Positions 12,511 through 26,604 of a stretch of 64,000 nucleotides of DNA are shown one piece after another; positions within the stretch are counted from its first letter, which is position 1, and each line of letters starts with the position of its first letter. The translations under genes were made by a program, and so were the position numbers. The notes beneath the pieces were generated by a model. That model was given only the letters and a program-made list of their open reading frames with translations. It did no database searches and had not been told where the DNA came from. Origin of the DNA: Camelus dromedarius (Eukaryota); the NCBI RefSeq assembly GCF_036321535.1, contig NC_087436.1, forward strand, positions 70,682,001 through 70,746,000, read 5' to 3'.

Positions 12511-13210
12511 AAAGAGACCTTTTAAATCCATAGTGTGTTTAAGTAAGCAAAAACTCTTTTCATATTAATCAGGAATTTTGATACAGAGTTCTTTGATCAT
12601 CAGCTTTACATGTGAGTAATTTAGTAGTTGAATTATGAGCTCTGGGAGTAAACTTAAACTGTGTTGTTACACAAGTATTGGTATAAGATATGATTGTTGT
12701 CTGAGCCAACCTTCCCTTCCCATAATGATGAATGTCGTAGTATGGAAACACAGATAATGGAGCTGGGTTGTGCAGACATCCTGTCTCCCATTAATATGCC
12801 TGGGGGAGCTTAAAATCAAAACTGTGGTTCCTTGAGAGACTATGAGATAAGACCAGCATTTAGTTAATGGCATTTTGGTTTTTTACCTGCAGAATGAAAC
12901 TGAGATAATCCTTTGCTTTACAGTTCAATTCTCACTGTTTTAGGAATGCAGTCATTCTTAGTAATCCCACGTATACCTGATTTTTATCAGTGAACTGCTC
13001 CATCCAGCTGGCATCTCATGAAATCTCTCCTCTTGTGTTTTGTGTAGAAGGAGTGCGGGGACTTTGGAAGACAGGAGATGCAGTTGATGAAGTTCCTCCT
13101 TTTAATTCCTGGGAAATGAAACTGAAAACTAACATATTCACTTTCAGCTAGGAAATCTTTTGACTCTGATATTTCTTATAAAATGGAAAATAAAGGGGAG
13201 GGTTGATGAT

Positions 13211-13543
13211 GGTCTTAGTCTGTTTGGGCAGCTGTAACAATATCAGAGACTGGGGGCCTATAAACACCAGAAATTTATTTCTGATAGTTGTAGAGGCTGC
13301 AAGTCCAAGGTTGGGGGCCAGCGTGGTCAGGTGAGGACCTTCTTCTTGGTTTATGGCAGCATCTTTTCACTGCATCCTCAGGTGGTAGAAGGGCTAGGGA
13401 GCCCTTTATAGGAACACTAATGCCGTTCACAAAGGCTCCATCCTCATACTCTGCCTAAGGCCCCACCTCCTTAATATCATCTTCTTTGTGGGTTAGAATT
13501 TCCTCAGAGAGATTTTAGTGGGACACAGTATTCAGACCACAGC
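13211..13543 (-). mobile_element. MLT1A-like solo LTR
   Basis: gtcttagtctgtttgggcagctgtaacaa...aaatttatttct...gaggctgcaagtccaagg...gggacacagtattcagaccacagca. Confidence 0.85.
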
Positions 13544-13705
13544 AATAATGAAATGTCCTGAACTAGCTGGCCCAAAGAACGGAAAGTTTCCTTGCAGTGA
13601 GGTGGAGAGAGAAGTGTCCAACTTTGCCTTCAGTGGACATCACAGACTGGTGGTCCACAGGCAGAATTCAGCCCCCAGCCATTCTTTGTTTAGCCCAGTT
13701 TGTAA

Positions 13706-13737
13706 ACACACACACACACACACACACGCACGCACAC
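13706..13737. repeat. (CA)n microsatellite; similar tracts at ~1636-1662, ~54762-54822 (cryptic), ~61720-61744; (CT)n at ~28912-28931
   Basis: Read directly from sequence. Confidence 0.9.
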
Positions 13738-14374
13738 TTGAGGGCTTAAGGGGAACCTGCTCTTTGCAAGTAGGTAGTTATTGTCAACACAACTTTCTGT
13801 GGTCTAAGACTTGACTGCTTCACACATTCAGATTAAGGGCTTGTCCCTGAAAACATTTGAGTTTGTGACACCAGTTCACATACCAGGAAATGTGCTCACT
13901 CAGTCCACCTCTTCAATGGTGTAAATTATTTCTAGAAAAGATTCCTGGCTAGTCTTCGAGGATGGTTTCATCTTCTTTATTGAGATGTTTCCTTTTTAAT
14001 TACTAATTCATTGGGCATTTTTTCCTCTTTTTTTTTTTTGGCTTACACTTTGGGAATCATCATTCTTTTTATCTCTTCCACTTACCAAAGTCTGATATTA
14101 CTTTGGCATAGTAGGTAGAAAAGTGGAAAATTTGGGAAGCACTTGTAAGTTAGCAAAAAAAAGTTAATTTTGCCCTTAAGATGAATAGAGATTATTTAAA
14201 CTGTTTATGTAGACACCACCTTTTTTTTTCCCAGCATTAAGTCCCAAATTGATAATAGCTCTTCAGACTTAAAGAAATTGCCCCTTTGTAAGAGCCCAAG
14301 CAGGTAGTTTCTCAGACATGGCTAAATGTTGAGAAATGTTGGAAAATGTTGAATATATGAAAACAGAATAATGA

Positions 14375-16072
14375 GCAAAGTGGTGAGAGTGGACATCCTT
14401 GTCTTGTTCCAAATTTTAGTGGGAAGGCTTTCAACTTTTCACCGTTGACTGTTATGCTGGCTGTAGGTTTGTCATAAATAGCTTTTATTATGTTGAGGTA
14501 TGTTCCCTCTATACCCAGTTTAGTTAGAATTTTTGTCATAAATGGGTGTTGAATTTTATCAAGTGCTTTTTCTGCATCTATTGAGATGTTCATGTGATTT
14601 TTGTCCTTTCTCTTGTTAATGTGGTATATCACATTGATTGACTTGCATATGTTGAACCATCCTTGTGTCCCTGGGATGAACCCAACTTGATCATGGTGTA
14701 TGGTTTTTTTTATGTGTTGTTGGATTCTGTTTGCTAATATTTTGTTGATCATTTTTGCATCTATGTTCATCAATAATATTGGCCTATAGTTTTCTTTTTT
14801 GGTAGTGTCTTTATCTGGCTTTGGTATCAGGGTGATGGGGGCTTCATAGAATGAGTTGGGGAGTATCCCCTCCTCTTCAGTCTTTTGAAAGAGTTTGAGA
14901 AGGATCAGTATGAGCTCTTCTTTGTATGTTTGATAGAGTTCCCCAGTGAAGCCATCTGGTCCCAGACTTTTGTTTTCAGGGAGGTTTTTTTTATTGCTGA
15001 TTCTGTTTTACTTCTAGTGATTGGTCTGTTCAAGTGATCTATTTCTTCTTGATTGTTTTGATGGACTGTATGTTTCTAGAAACTTGTCCATTTCTTCTGA
15101 GTTGTCCAATTTATTTTGCCATATAGTTGTTCACAGTATCCTCTTACGATTTTTTGTATTTCTGTGGTGTTGGTTGTAATTTCTCCATTTTCATTTCTTA
15201 TTTTGTTTATTTGTGTCCTCTCCCTTTTCTTCTTGGTGAGCCTGGCCAGAGGTTTGTCAATTTTGTTTACTTTTTCAAAAAATCAGCTCTTGGTTTGATT
15301 GATTTTTCTGTTGTTTTTTAATCTCTATTCTATTTATTTCCTCCCTGATCTTTATTATTTCTTTCCTTCTGCTGACTGTGGGTTTGTTTGTTCTCTTTTT
15401 CTAATTCTTTTAGGTGGTAGGTTAGGTTGTTTATTTGAGATTGTTCTTGTTTTTTGAGGAAGGCCTGTATCACTATGAACTTCCCTCTTAGGACTGCTTT
15501 TGCTGCAACCCATGGATTTTGTGTGATTGTGTTTTCATTGTCATTTGTCTCAAAGTATTTTTTAATTTCTTCTTTGATTTCATCGTTGACCCATTGGTTT
15601 TTTAGTAGCATGTTGTTTAGTCTCCATGCAGTTGTTTTTTTCTGATTTGTTTTTCTGTGGTTGATTTCTAGTTTCATGCCCTTGTGGTCAGAAAAGATGC
15701 TTCAGATAGTTTCTATCTTCTTAAATTTGTTGAAGCTTCTGGTGTGCCTGAGTATGTGGTCTGTCCTAAAAAATGTTCCATGAGCACTTGAAAAGAATGT
15801 ATATTCTGTTCTTTGGGGATGTAATGTCCTAAAAATATCAACAAGTCCAGTCGTTCTGTTATGTCATTTAGTATCTCTGTTACCTTATTGATTTTCTGTA
15901 TGGAACACCTGTCCAGTGATGTTAGTGGGGTGTTAAAGTCTCCTACGATTATTGTATTCCCATCAATTTCTCCCTTTATGTCTGTCAGTATTTGTTTTAT
16001 ATATTTAGGTGCTCCTATATTGGGTGCATATATGTTAATGGGTACAATATCCTCATTCCTCATCTTGTATTG
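14375..16072 (-). mobile_element. LINE-1 ORF2 internal fragment (endonuclease C-terminal half to start of RT), disrupted
   Basis: ORF track peptides INIYAPNIGAPKYIKQIL..GDFNTPL (APE), [54 protein letters not shown] (RT), split by stops/frameshifts. Confidence 0.97.
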
Positions 16073-16414
16073 GTACGTCCATATTCTTTTAAGCACTAGT
16101 ATTCTATAATTTTAAAAAGAGTTTTCTGATTCCATCTTATAAATTAAATAAATTATTTGTATTCAACGTGTTCTTATAGTAATGATCAGGACTTACAGAT
16201 TTCCCAAGATTTGTATTATCTTTTTGCCAGGTCTGGTTTTGCAGTGGCTGCCAACCTCTGTCTGTGAGTGATCCATGATTGCTGTATAGCAAATTCAAAA
16301 TGTAGGGTTTTCTTTTCACATTTGAGCATATGCATCTCCCTGTATTGCTTATCTCACCTGATAACACTGCCTCTCCTCACAGCCACGCAGGATCAAAATC
16401 TTAAAATCACATTT

Positions 16415-16895
16415 GATGTATCAGAGTCCCAGAGCAGGAAGTAAATTATACACTCAAATTAGAATCATCTGAGGGGTTGAATAAAAGCATTAGTTACAAA
16501 GGTGAGGTTAGATTTAGAGAAACCACAAGGGAGAGTGCCGTGTCCTGTGAGAGTAAGAGTGGGGTTGTTACTCCCTGACTCAAAAGATGTGGAGAGGGAG
16601 GGGTTGCTGGAACCTGGGAGAAGAGAGAATGGAAGATAGAGCTTTTGTCCGAGGCACCGTGACCTTGGGTTGAGGGGTTTAGCCAGCCTGAGGCAGCCTC
16701 AAAGGAATATAGCTTTGGGAATCGATACTTTGATATCTTCCCCCTGATGGTGTGCACAGGTTGCTGCAGGCTGAACCCTGCTGGAATCTGGAGAGCAAGG
16801 GAGCCTACTGTAGACCTCACTGACCAGCCTCCAAAGGGAAAGAGCCTGGTGGAAAAGAGCAGAAAGTGGATCTGGTGTGACAGAAGATACTATCG
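16415..16895. mobile_element. Possible ancient LTR (ERVL/MaLR-like)
   Basis: tgtatcagagtcccagagcaggaag...cactcaaattag...gaaaccacaaggga...gtggatctgg; family not assigned. Confidence 0.35.
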
Positions 16896-19800
16896 ATCAT
16901 ATTTACCTCTCCAAGTTTTTCTTTATCAAATTAAACTCGTCACAGCTCCCTTGATTATCCTATTATAATCACTCTCCTTTACACTTACTCTTCTCTTCCC
17001 CTATTTCAGTCTCTCATTATCTTTGCCTAGACCAGTGTCACTTATTCATGCTTTCCCTCCCTCATAAAGCCACTAGCAGTCCATCAGTATTAACATTAAA
17101 GATGAAATGTTTTGCCTTTGCTAGCCTGTCCATCAGGAACTTGATTTATCTCTCAGGAACTTACAGAGAGCCCTAATGCTCAGTGGCACGTGGGTAGGGT
17201 AACAGTACCCCACTGGCTGCCTCCTTTGTGCTCCCTGTTCCTTTTCGAGGGGTGCATGAGTCTGTTAACCGATACAGTTACAGTTCTGTTACAACAGCCT
17301 CAAATCTTTCGCCAGTGTTTTGGCATCAAAACTTCCTGAAGGAGCATCACAGCGTAATCTGTGATCTTCTGCAGCAGATAGCTCGAGGCATTAACAGGAC
17401 ATGTTCTTCCAAAGCCCCATACCAACAAGTGATGGTTCTCTTGGAGCAAAGATGACGAGACTACAGTGTGTGGTGGCAAAACGAAAGCAGTCAGCTTAAA
17501 GATAGAGCAGGACTGTGAGTGTAGAACTTAAAGCTGTAGAGCCTCTGAATTAGGCAAAATTATCTATACCTTAATATTGTCAAATGCAGTATGGCCTGCT
17601 GATGTATGTAACTGACATGAGAATGTCTTTCTGAAAGAACTACTTGATTTCCTCTTTTTACCCCTCTTAGAATAAGTAGCAGGTCTAACCCTGGCATGGA
17701 TTGATGTGGTGGTAAGATTCTTCAATATGCCTGTTGGTTGTTATTGTCATTTAATGAACAAAATCAGTAAGTTTCAGGTCACATTAATAGCTTTGACAAC
17801 TTCTACATTTTATTTAGATGACATTTGAGCAGAATGTTCTTTGACATCCTTCTTTAAAAAAAAAAACTCCAATATTCTATATCCTATAGTTAATTAGTAT
17901 ATTCATTCAGTATTGAAAAAAAATTATTGTAACTCTAATGTCTGCTTGATACAATATTAGATGGTACGGATACAAAGCAAGTAATTCATGGGCATGGAAC
18001 ATAGTAGGAACCTAATGTATATTTGTTGAACCAGTTAGATTTTTGAGTTTTTAAATCAGGTGATTCATTTTGATCCTTCTGGACCATTCATGCTTACTCT
18101 TTACTATGGGCTCACACTTTGGTGGTTTTTGAGGAGCTGGCTTTATGGATGAGAAGAAAGTGCACGGCTTCAGGAATTTCCATGAAAACAAAATGAGCAT
18201 TTTAGTTAGGTGACACATTCAATTTTTATCCACATAAAACACAATCTAAGATTCCACAACTAGCTGTATTTTTGGAACCACAATTCTTAGTTGACATTTT
18301 GCCCTGTGACAATTCTATTAATGTTGGATGTTGTTAATGTTGGAAGAGTTGTATAAACAACTATTTACAAGAATCAGGTGACATCCCTATTCTGTTTTTT
18401 TTTTCTCTCAGAACCTTTCTTGGTGAATGGTAAAAACCGTCAAACTGAAACGAATAATGCATCCAAACACAAGTAAGACGTAACGGGCCTGTATTCTCTG
18501 CCCCAGTCTAGTGTTAGTAATGCTGGATGACGTTTGGCTGGTTCTTACAGAAACATTAGACCACATCATGCCACTGAAACTCACTCAGAAAGTGACTTTA
18601 CTGTCAGTGAAGGGGAATCAGATTTTCAAATTCTTGTGTTGTTTTGTACCAGGAAAGAAATTTTTAAAGTCAAATTTGTTATTAATCCAAAACTGATTTT
18701 CGTATTTTTTTTCTTAAGAATGACAGAGGGATATTTGGTTATAAACACAAATCAGTCTGTTAAAACATTTAACAAAGATTACAAATACTTCAGTTCTTAT
18801 GGACATATGACAAGAAATACAATCAATTGGAATTGAGCCTGAAAAAGATTTAGGGAGTGTTGATTGGCCAAAGTATTTTGTGAGAGCTTTTAATGGTGGC
18901 ACAGAGGCAGTCTGGACAGAAGTCATTTTGACCATGATGCCTTGTTGGCCTTCAGTGCTATCAGCTTTCTTGTCCATAATGGAAGTGTCACCAGCATTGA
19001 AATCCATCTAGTAACACAAAATGGCCTCCTACTCTATTTCCAGATTGTCTAATTTATACATATGACTTACTATTCTTCTAAATCTTTAAATTTTTGTACC
19101 TTAATATAAATTATAAAACCGCCTTCCATTTAAAAGCCTAGAACCCTTTATTATAATGGTTTGGGGGTGGGGGTTATATCCAACAAGACCCTGTTAGAGG
19201 GTCAAGAAATTTTGATAATTGGGTCTTCATGATTGAATTTAGGACTTTGGATACCGTCTGTTCCAACGTTGTCTCTTCATTTCTGACACGTGGTCAGCTG
19301 TGGGCTGCTTGCATGCTTCCCAGAACGGGAATGTCACATCTCTGAAGGCCTTCCTGATAGAGGCACAAGCCTGCCTTTCCACAACCTCTGTCCTCAGGGG
19401 CTGCCCATCCCTCTGAAACTACGCAGAATACGTTTAGTCTTTCTTTTGTATGACAGACCGCACAATTTTGAAGGCCGTTTGTCCCTCCAACTTCTTAAGG
19501 CCTCCCATCCTTTTCTATGTGATGTGTTTTCTGGACTTCTCTTCCTCTGGTCATCCTTCTCTGAGTCAGCTCCAGATTTTCCATTTCAATTTAGAATATA
19601 GTGACCAGACTGAGACATAATCTTCCTGTGTGGTTTGCTCATTTGCTTCTGGTACTCAGTCACTGGAGTCTTTGTTCCGCTGCTCAGTTTGAGGCAGAAG
19701 ATGCTGAAGTCTCCTCAACATCCCTGCTGAGCTGCTTCCTGAGGCTTACTCCCCTCTGTCCCCTGCTTGGGAAAACAGCTTGCTTTTCTGGTGACTTCTA

Positions 19801-21943
19801 CTAGCCGATGCTAAGCTCCTCCCAGATAAATTTCCCATTCCCACTCCCTTCGTTGTTCCCTGGATATCTCTGACTCTGGAACTCATGGCTTCAAAATCCT
19901 AGAGTCTTTTCATTGAATTCTAATTATAGTAGGTTTTATTGATTCAGAGTACAGTGCATGATGATTGCTGTACTGATATGAATGCTTATTTCCTTTTATA
20001 GTGCTGTGTAGTATTGGCTGTTGGGAGGGTCACATTTTTAAAATTTCATGGTATTTTGTGCCTTTTCATGACTGCCAAAAAGCACGTTTGTCCAGAATAC
20101 TTTTTTGTCCATCTAGAATAAATGCATTTTTACACTGTTGTTTAGCATTTTCTAAGCACAGCGATCATGAGAGGAATTGACATCTTGAATGAATATTTAT
20201 TGAGTACCCACAGGGTGCCTGCTGCTGGGCTGGTCTCTGTAACAGCTCCATCCATTGAGAACCGCTCTGCAGGCTCACAGCCTTCCCCTCAGTTAATTTA
20301 AAAGCAGCTGCTGTCCTCGCAAAGTGAAAACCAAATGTCCTCCGGGGCTTCCTGGGAACCAAATTCATATTTTTCCCCCTGTAAATTAACTAGCTTCTCA
20401 CTGTTGGTGTCTCAATGATTATGACTCTCTTAATAATTAATACAGTATCATCCTTCATGAAGAGGATGTGTATAATAGATTTATTTGGTTGTTTTTACCC
20501 AAGAACAAGAGAACAGTGTATGGTAAATTGAATTTCCCTTCCCATCCACTTAATTTCTCCTTTGCCTTGGTAGTTTAGATATTTAAGCTGGTTGCTTCTT
20601 ATTTAGATTAATTGAGATATCTTGTAATTAATTCTGCAGAGGACAGAAATATTTTCTCCTCTTCATTTTTATAACTAAAAGATGGTAAATGAAAATAAAA
20701 AAGCTCAAAACCATTGTGATATAATGGTTATCTTATATTGAATCTTAGTTGAAATACACTTTTCTGTTCCCCCTTTGTGAATGGAGGTAGGAATTATCAC
20801 GCTGTAGCACGTGTGTGTGCCATTAAAAAAAAAAACAAATTAAAAAATATAAGTCCTTAATGTATATGAGTTACCTTAATTTGTGTTTCACTTAGATTGT
20901 ATAGTTTATATTCCTAGGATGTTGAAGTTGGAGCCTGGAGAGACTTAGTGTTTGATTGGATGGACCTGTAAGTTATGATGTTTGTCTGAGCTAAATTTGA
21001 GGCATCTGAATACACAAGAGTGGGTGTGAAATCTTGTGGGAACAGTTTTCTCATGAAAACTGTGGTACTTCTGCTTTGAATCATTACCGGTAATAGCTGG
21101 TAGGAAATTAGGAACGATGGGTTTCTAATTTGATTTCTCTATTTATATATTGACACAAAAAAGGGTACTATTTTGGAGTTTTTGAAAGAGATCAAGTTTG
21201 AAAAAGATGGAATGCAAAATAAACTAAAAAAAAAATGAAGTTCATGTCTGTTTCTTTTTCTAAATGTTTGGAAATGTGATAAGGGCACTTCTTGTGATTC
21301 TTATCTCCTTAAAGTCAGATTCTAAGCTCCTGTACCCAGATCTTAGAGTGTATCTAGTAAGCTGTATGTTCTCAGTTGACATTTTTAGGGCACTTTCTAG
21401 TTCTCCTGTTGGTTTTGCGTCTTTCAGATTAAAGTTTAATTTTAGTATAGGGTAGGAACTGAATAGCCTGCTCAAATAACACCCCTACCTGTCTTCACTA
21501 ATTAGAGGATTTAGAGTTGAATACAAAAGTGGCCTGGGAAAAAAATCAATTTCCTTGACTGTGAAGTTTAAACCAGATCCAATATCTTAGAAATGAATGT
21601 CTTAGAATAAATACTCCCCAGGAGTGATTCTGCTGAGCCTGAACTGTATTGTCCAATTTAAGGGGAAGGAAGGGGAAATAGAAGTGAGTATATTACACAG
21701 AACATGTCACCCTGGCTGTGGTTTTTAATGAGGTTAAGCAATATTATTAGTAGAGTAGCTTTTTTTTCCCCATACACTTTAAGAAACGTAATCCTGAATT
21801 ATTAGCATTTGTCTTTTTAGCTACTTTGTTACTTACAGCGTGATAAATAGTGCCACACTTGACAAGAGTGACATTGCTGAGGGGTTCTTTCAAAGAAAAC
21901 TGATCCTTAAACTAAAGTAGATAACTGTTTGTTTATACTAGTA

Positions 21944-22459
21944 ATTAGTTTCCCATGGCTGTTCTGTCATATTTGTGCAAACATGGTGGCTTAACACAGG
22001 GCATTTATTGTCTTGAGATCTGGAGGTCGGAAGTCTGAAATGAGTCTCAGTATGGGTCTCAGTGGACTAAAATCAAGGTGTTGGCAGGGTTGCGTTCTTT
22101 CTGAAGGCTTTGGGGAGAGGACGTGTTGCCTTAGCTTTTCCAGCTTCTCGAGGCTGTCCACATTCCTTGGTTCTTGACCCCTTTCCTCCATCTTCAAAGC
22201 TAGCAATGGCCAGGCAAGCCTTTCTCATGCTGCATCATGCTGACACTGACTCTCCTGCCACCCTCTTTCATTTACAAGGATTCTTGTGATTACATTGGAC
22301 CCACTGGAATAGTCCTGGACAGTTTCCCCAGTCTTGAGGTCATCTGATTAGTAACCTTAGTTCTACCTGCACCTCTAGTTCTCCCTGGCCTTGTAACATT
22401 ACATATTCACAGGTTATAGGGATTCGACGTCTTTAGGGGAGCTTGGTCTGCCTTCCACA
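21944..22459 (-). mobile_element. MLT1C/D-like solo LTR
   Basis: attagtttcccatggctg...aaaatcaaggtgttggcagggttg...ttccagcttctcgaggctg...gtgattacattggacccac...ctgccttccaca. Confidence 0.85.
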
Positions 22460-22479
22460 TTATCTGACCTAGATTTTCA

Positions 22480-22800
22480 CATGATTGTTCTTGGCAGCGT
22501 CCTGAAGGGGGCGAGTGTAGGAGCAGGAAGAAGAGATAGGAAGCAGGAACCACATGAGATAAAGCTGTGGTTTAGACAAGGGTGGTAATAGCAGTGGAGG
22601 TGATGGGAAGAGACAGGGTGCTGGCTATGCTTTGAAGGTAATTTGCTGACCTGTTAGATGGAGGATGTGAGAGAAAGGGAAGAGTTGCGTGAATGGTCCA
22701 AAGTTTTTGGCCTAAGCAATGGGAAAAAATAAGCTGCCATTAATTAAGATGGGGAAAACTACTAAAAGAGGAAGTTTAGGGGTTCAGTGCTCAGTTTAGG
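22480..22800 (-). mobile_element. L2 fragment
   Basis: gcagtggaggtgatgggaag...ggatgtgagagaaaggg...gtttttggcctaagcaa...aagatggggaaaact. Confidence 0.65.
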
Positions 22801-25300
22801 GAAAGCTGAGAATGCCTCCTCTCCTAACTAAAGAAGCAGCAGCCTTTCCCCAGTGCTTGTAGAGATGCCAGTCAGGCAGATCTTTCCCATGGCAGGGCCA
22901 GAGATGCAGGCTCTGTGGGAACTTCTGCCAAGAAATGCAGATTGGTTTCATTTGCTACCCTCCACTTCCCTTCTCCTGTTTATTGGGGGGGGGGGGAGAA
23001 GGAGGAGCACTGCCTTTTTAATAACTGTTACCCTCTTTTGGAACAACTTGTAGGATATCTGAGTTGTCAAGTTGGATTTGCTGAGTAAGGAGTGGAAGAG
23101 TGATAAAGAAGAGAGAACTTCTTTTTTGCCTTTGCAGTGACCTCTAGTCTTTCAGTGATTCATGACCTGCTGGACCAGAGATGACTGTAACATCTTGATC
23201 TAGTCCTGACCTTGCTTCACATGACCATCTCTTTCCAGACCATCCTGAACTGCCTGTGTCAAAACTTAGCTGCACGAAACTTAAGAAACGGGTGTTTCCT
23301 CCAGTATTCAGCCCCTGGGAGGCATCCTTTTTCTGCAGGGATTCCAGATACTTCCAACCAAAATGAGCTCTGAGTGGCAGTTTCATATTATTACTGGGCT
23401 TTTATTTCTTGTTTCTTGGAATTCAAGATTCCTTTTGAGGACCTCCTAGCACTAGATTAGTTATTCCAGTGGTTTCTGCAGCCAAAGAGGCTTTGTGGAA
23501 TTTGAAATAACATGAGTTAACATATATGATGTTGCAGATAATATGTTAAACCCTTTCAAACTTATTTAATTTTTATAACAAACTGATGAAGGTGTAGGGA
23601 TTATTTTGGCTACCTTTTGCAGTTGGAGTAACTGAAGCTAAGAAAGGATGAGTGTTTACAGACAGGAAATAATGGTGCTGGAATTCTAACTCAGCTAATC
23701 CAACTATAGAAACTGTGCTTCTAACTGCTGTACTGTATTTTCTCCCCAAATTGATCCCTGCCATCTCTTTGTGCTTGAAATTACTGATTCATGTAAGTTG
23801 GTCCTAAAAGTCCCAAAGCTGGCTTTCTGATCCTCTGTGTGTACTTCTCCAGAAAGCTAAGCCAGCCCTCCAGAAGGGAAAGAAGCTCCTGACCAAATGG
23901 GCCATCTTTGATTCTGTTGCTAGTTAGTCCCCAAGGCTCTGGATGCCTGGTAATGGTCGAGAATTGAGCACTGCTGCACCTTTCATACCCACATCACTAA
24001 GTAATTCCATTCTCCACTTCAGTTTCTGTTGAATGCCTGACTGCAGGAGTGTTGCTGCTCTTTCAAAAGACCATTTGTCTTGAGAACAGTGGAGCCACTC
24101 AGCCCATCACTGATCCCTCTTCCTCTAGCTGCTGCACGGGAAGACTGAACACTCAACCTGAGATAACGTGACAACTGCTGAACCAACCCTGGTTTTATCT
24201 GGGAGCAGACTTCCTTGTGTATGACTTGGCTGTGAGCTTCTTGAAGACATGAATTGTGTCTGGTTCACTGTGGCATCCCAGCACTAAGCCAAGTGCTCGG
24301 TATATTCATTTGGCCCTTCCTTTTCACAGATGCAGAACCCATGAGTTCAGGGGGCTGAATGTGTTAAGTAAATTCTTGTTGAATGATCGGATTGTGCACT
24401 ACCCTGTGTACATACCTTATGGGGAAACTCAGCTGTCTGTGTGGTAGTAATGCTCTTAGGCCATTGTCAGTGCCACTAGACACCGTGGAGGAGCACCAAG
24501 TAACTAAAAGGCCCCTGCTTCCCTACTGACTCAGAAATGGCCATTCTGTCCCCGCTCCGTGGGAAGGGTTTGGGTTTAATGCCCATCCCGTACAGCCTAG
24601 CCCTTGTCATGACCAGAGGTAGGTACTTAGGAGGTTTCAAGGCTGTCAGCTAGTGGCGACCACACTTAAGTGGTGGAAAAAGAAATTCTCCACATGCAGG
24701 AGATTTTAAGCACTAGCCTTGAGTGAAAAATGTTTTCTTTGGCAAAGTTCGTGAAGTCATCGTATTTCTGCCCTTCGTGCCTTTTTGTTTCTCTGAGGCC
24801 TTGTGTCCGTTCAATGGACTGGACCCCCTTCTCAACTAGGCCGTCAGAATTTTCAGGTTACCTTGTGGAATTCATCTTGCTCTGTGCTCACAATGCTGAC
24901 TCCCCAAAACTAAACAGAATAGTATGTTTTTGTGTAGATTTTTACAATATGCCTTGAGATTTTATCCTTATCCAGGACTCTTTTGTGCTTCATACAGGAA
25001 GAGTGTACAGTATTTCAAGGATGTGTTATCTTTGATTCTTCACCACTGCCTACACACACATGCACACACACACTTTCTCTGACCTGTTCTGTACAAGTAG
25101 ATTATTTCTGGCCAAGTGAAAAAGTGATGCAAAGACAATTTAAAAAATAATTTCTCTGCAGTGTGACACCTCGTTTAATTTGTTGATGAAGCTGTTACCA
25201 TAAACTGTTAGCAAATACAGAATTCTTCATTCACTTCAAAGAGAAGCAAATATATGTACCCAGTGCTAAACAATCTCTGGTTTCTTTGTTATTTTTCCAG

Positions 25301-25414
25301 GCAAGAAAACTGATCAGTGACTTTGCCATTATCTTGTCCATTCTCATCTTCTGTGTAATAGATGCCCTGGTAGGTGTGGATACTCCAAAGCTAATTGTGC
25401 CAAGTGAGTTCAAG
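25301..25414 (+). CDS. SLC4A4: SLC4A4 coding exon (114 nt): [38 protein letters not shown]
   Basis: tttttccag|GCA...AAG|gtaggt; lies within ORF 25286..25486. Confidence 0.98.
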
Positions 25415-26604
25415 GTAGGTGAACTTCTGTCTTTTGGTCATTCCTGGAACTCTTTGGTTTTCTTTCCTTTCCCCTGTTCTAGCTAGTTGTATCTCTCCCG
25501 AGTTTTGTACAATTATCCATGTCTTTATTTTTTAAATGGTCTCTTGCTATATGTGTATATCCATATTTTCTACTTCTTCTCTAAAATTAAATGCCTGACT
25601 AGGATCAAATACAAGTCTCAAACTGTATTGATTTTCATTTAAAAATAACTTGTAGTACCATTATAAACTCTGCTTTGTATTTTTAGAATAATGGAAAATA
25701 TCCAAAGGTTTTCAAACAATTTATAATCTTAATCTATATAATAATTCTAGGATACAGTGAAACTAGTATTATTCTGATTTTATGGAGTTGAGATTAAAGT
25801 TTATAAAAATTAAGTAAGATATCCAAGTTTACATTACCAGTTTGGTGCCTCGTCCTGCTACGAGACTACCTGCTGTATACACACATGTAAATATATAAAG
25901 TGCATTTTCATTATTACAAAGAAGGTATAGGAAATATTTATTTTATAAACCTGTTGATCTTTGCAGGTCTAATGGGTAAAATTTACATCTCAGTCGTTCT
26001 TAAATATCCCTACCTAATTTTCCACTGTTAAAAGTCTTTCATTTATTTTCTAGAACACTCCTAACCCCTCTATCACTGATACTTGCCAAGGAAAATTAAA
26101 CTGACTGCTGTTTTAGCTCAATAACTACCAAATGAGAAAGGGATGTCTATGTTATAGCAAACGAAATATATTTTGCATTTTCTCTGCCATGACATATTTA
26201 TTAGCAAAGATAGGTTCTCTTTTATTCAATTATTAGTTAAAAATTCATGGTGGTTTTGTAATTCCTTGCCTGCCTCATTACTGAATATTACATTTGGGTT
26301 TTTCTTGTGGTTACCCCTTAAACTTCAATTACTTTCTTCCATCTTGAGTCCTTATCTTAGACCACCCTAAAGGGTAGAATGGCATTTACTTCTTTTCATC
26401 AGCCTGTATTCTTCATCTCCTTCATTTAAAACATTGCCTTAAAAATAACCTCTTTAAGGAAATTTTTGGTGAATAACTTTCTTTGTCCAACCTATCAGTA
26501 AAACTTTCTATTTTTTAATATGTTGTCTCTCCAAGTATAAAAGATTTTTCACCAAGTAGTGTGTATTAATATTGTTTTGAAAAACGTTTTCTCTCCTCTT
26601 CAAG

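Noticed and set aside
14312..16096. Reverse transcriptase/endonuclease ORFs as a novel RT system
   Set aside because: Standard LINE-1 ORF2 motifs, broken into several frames.
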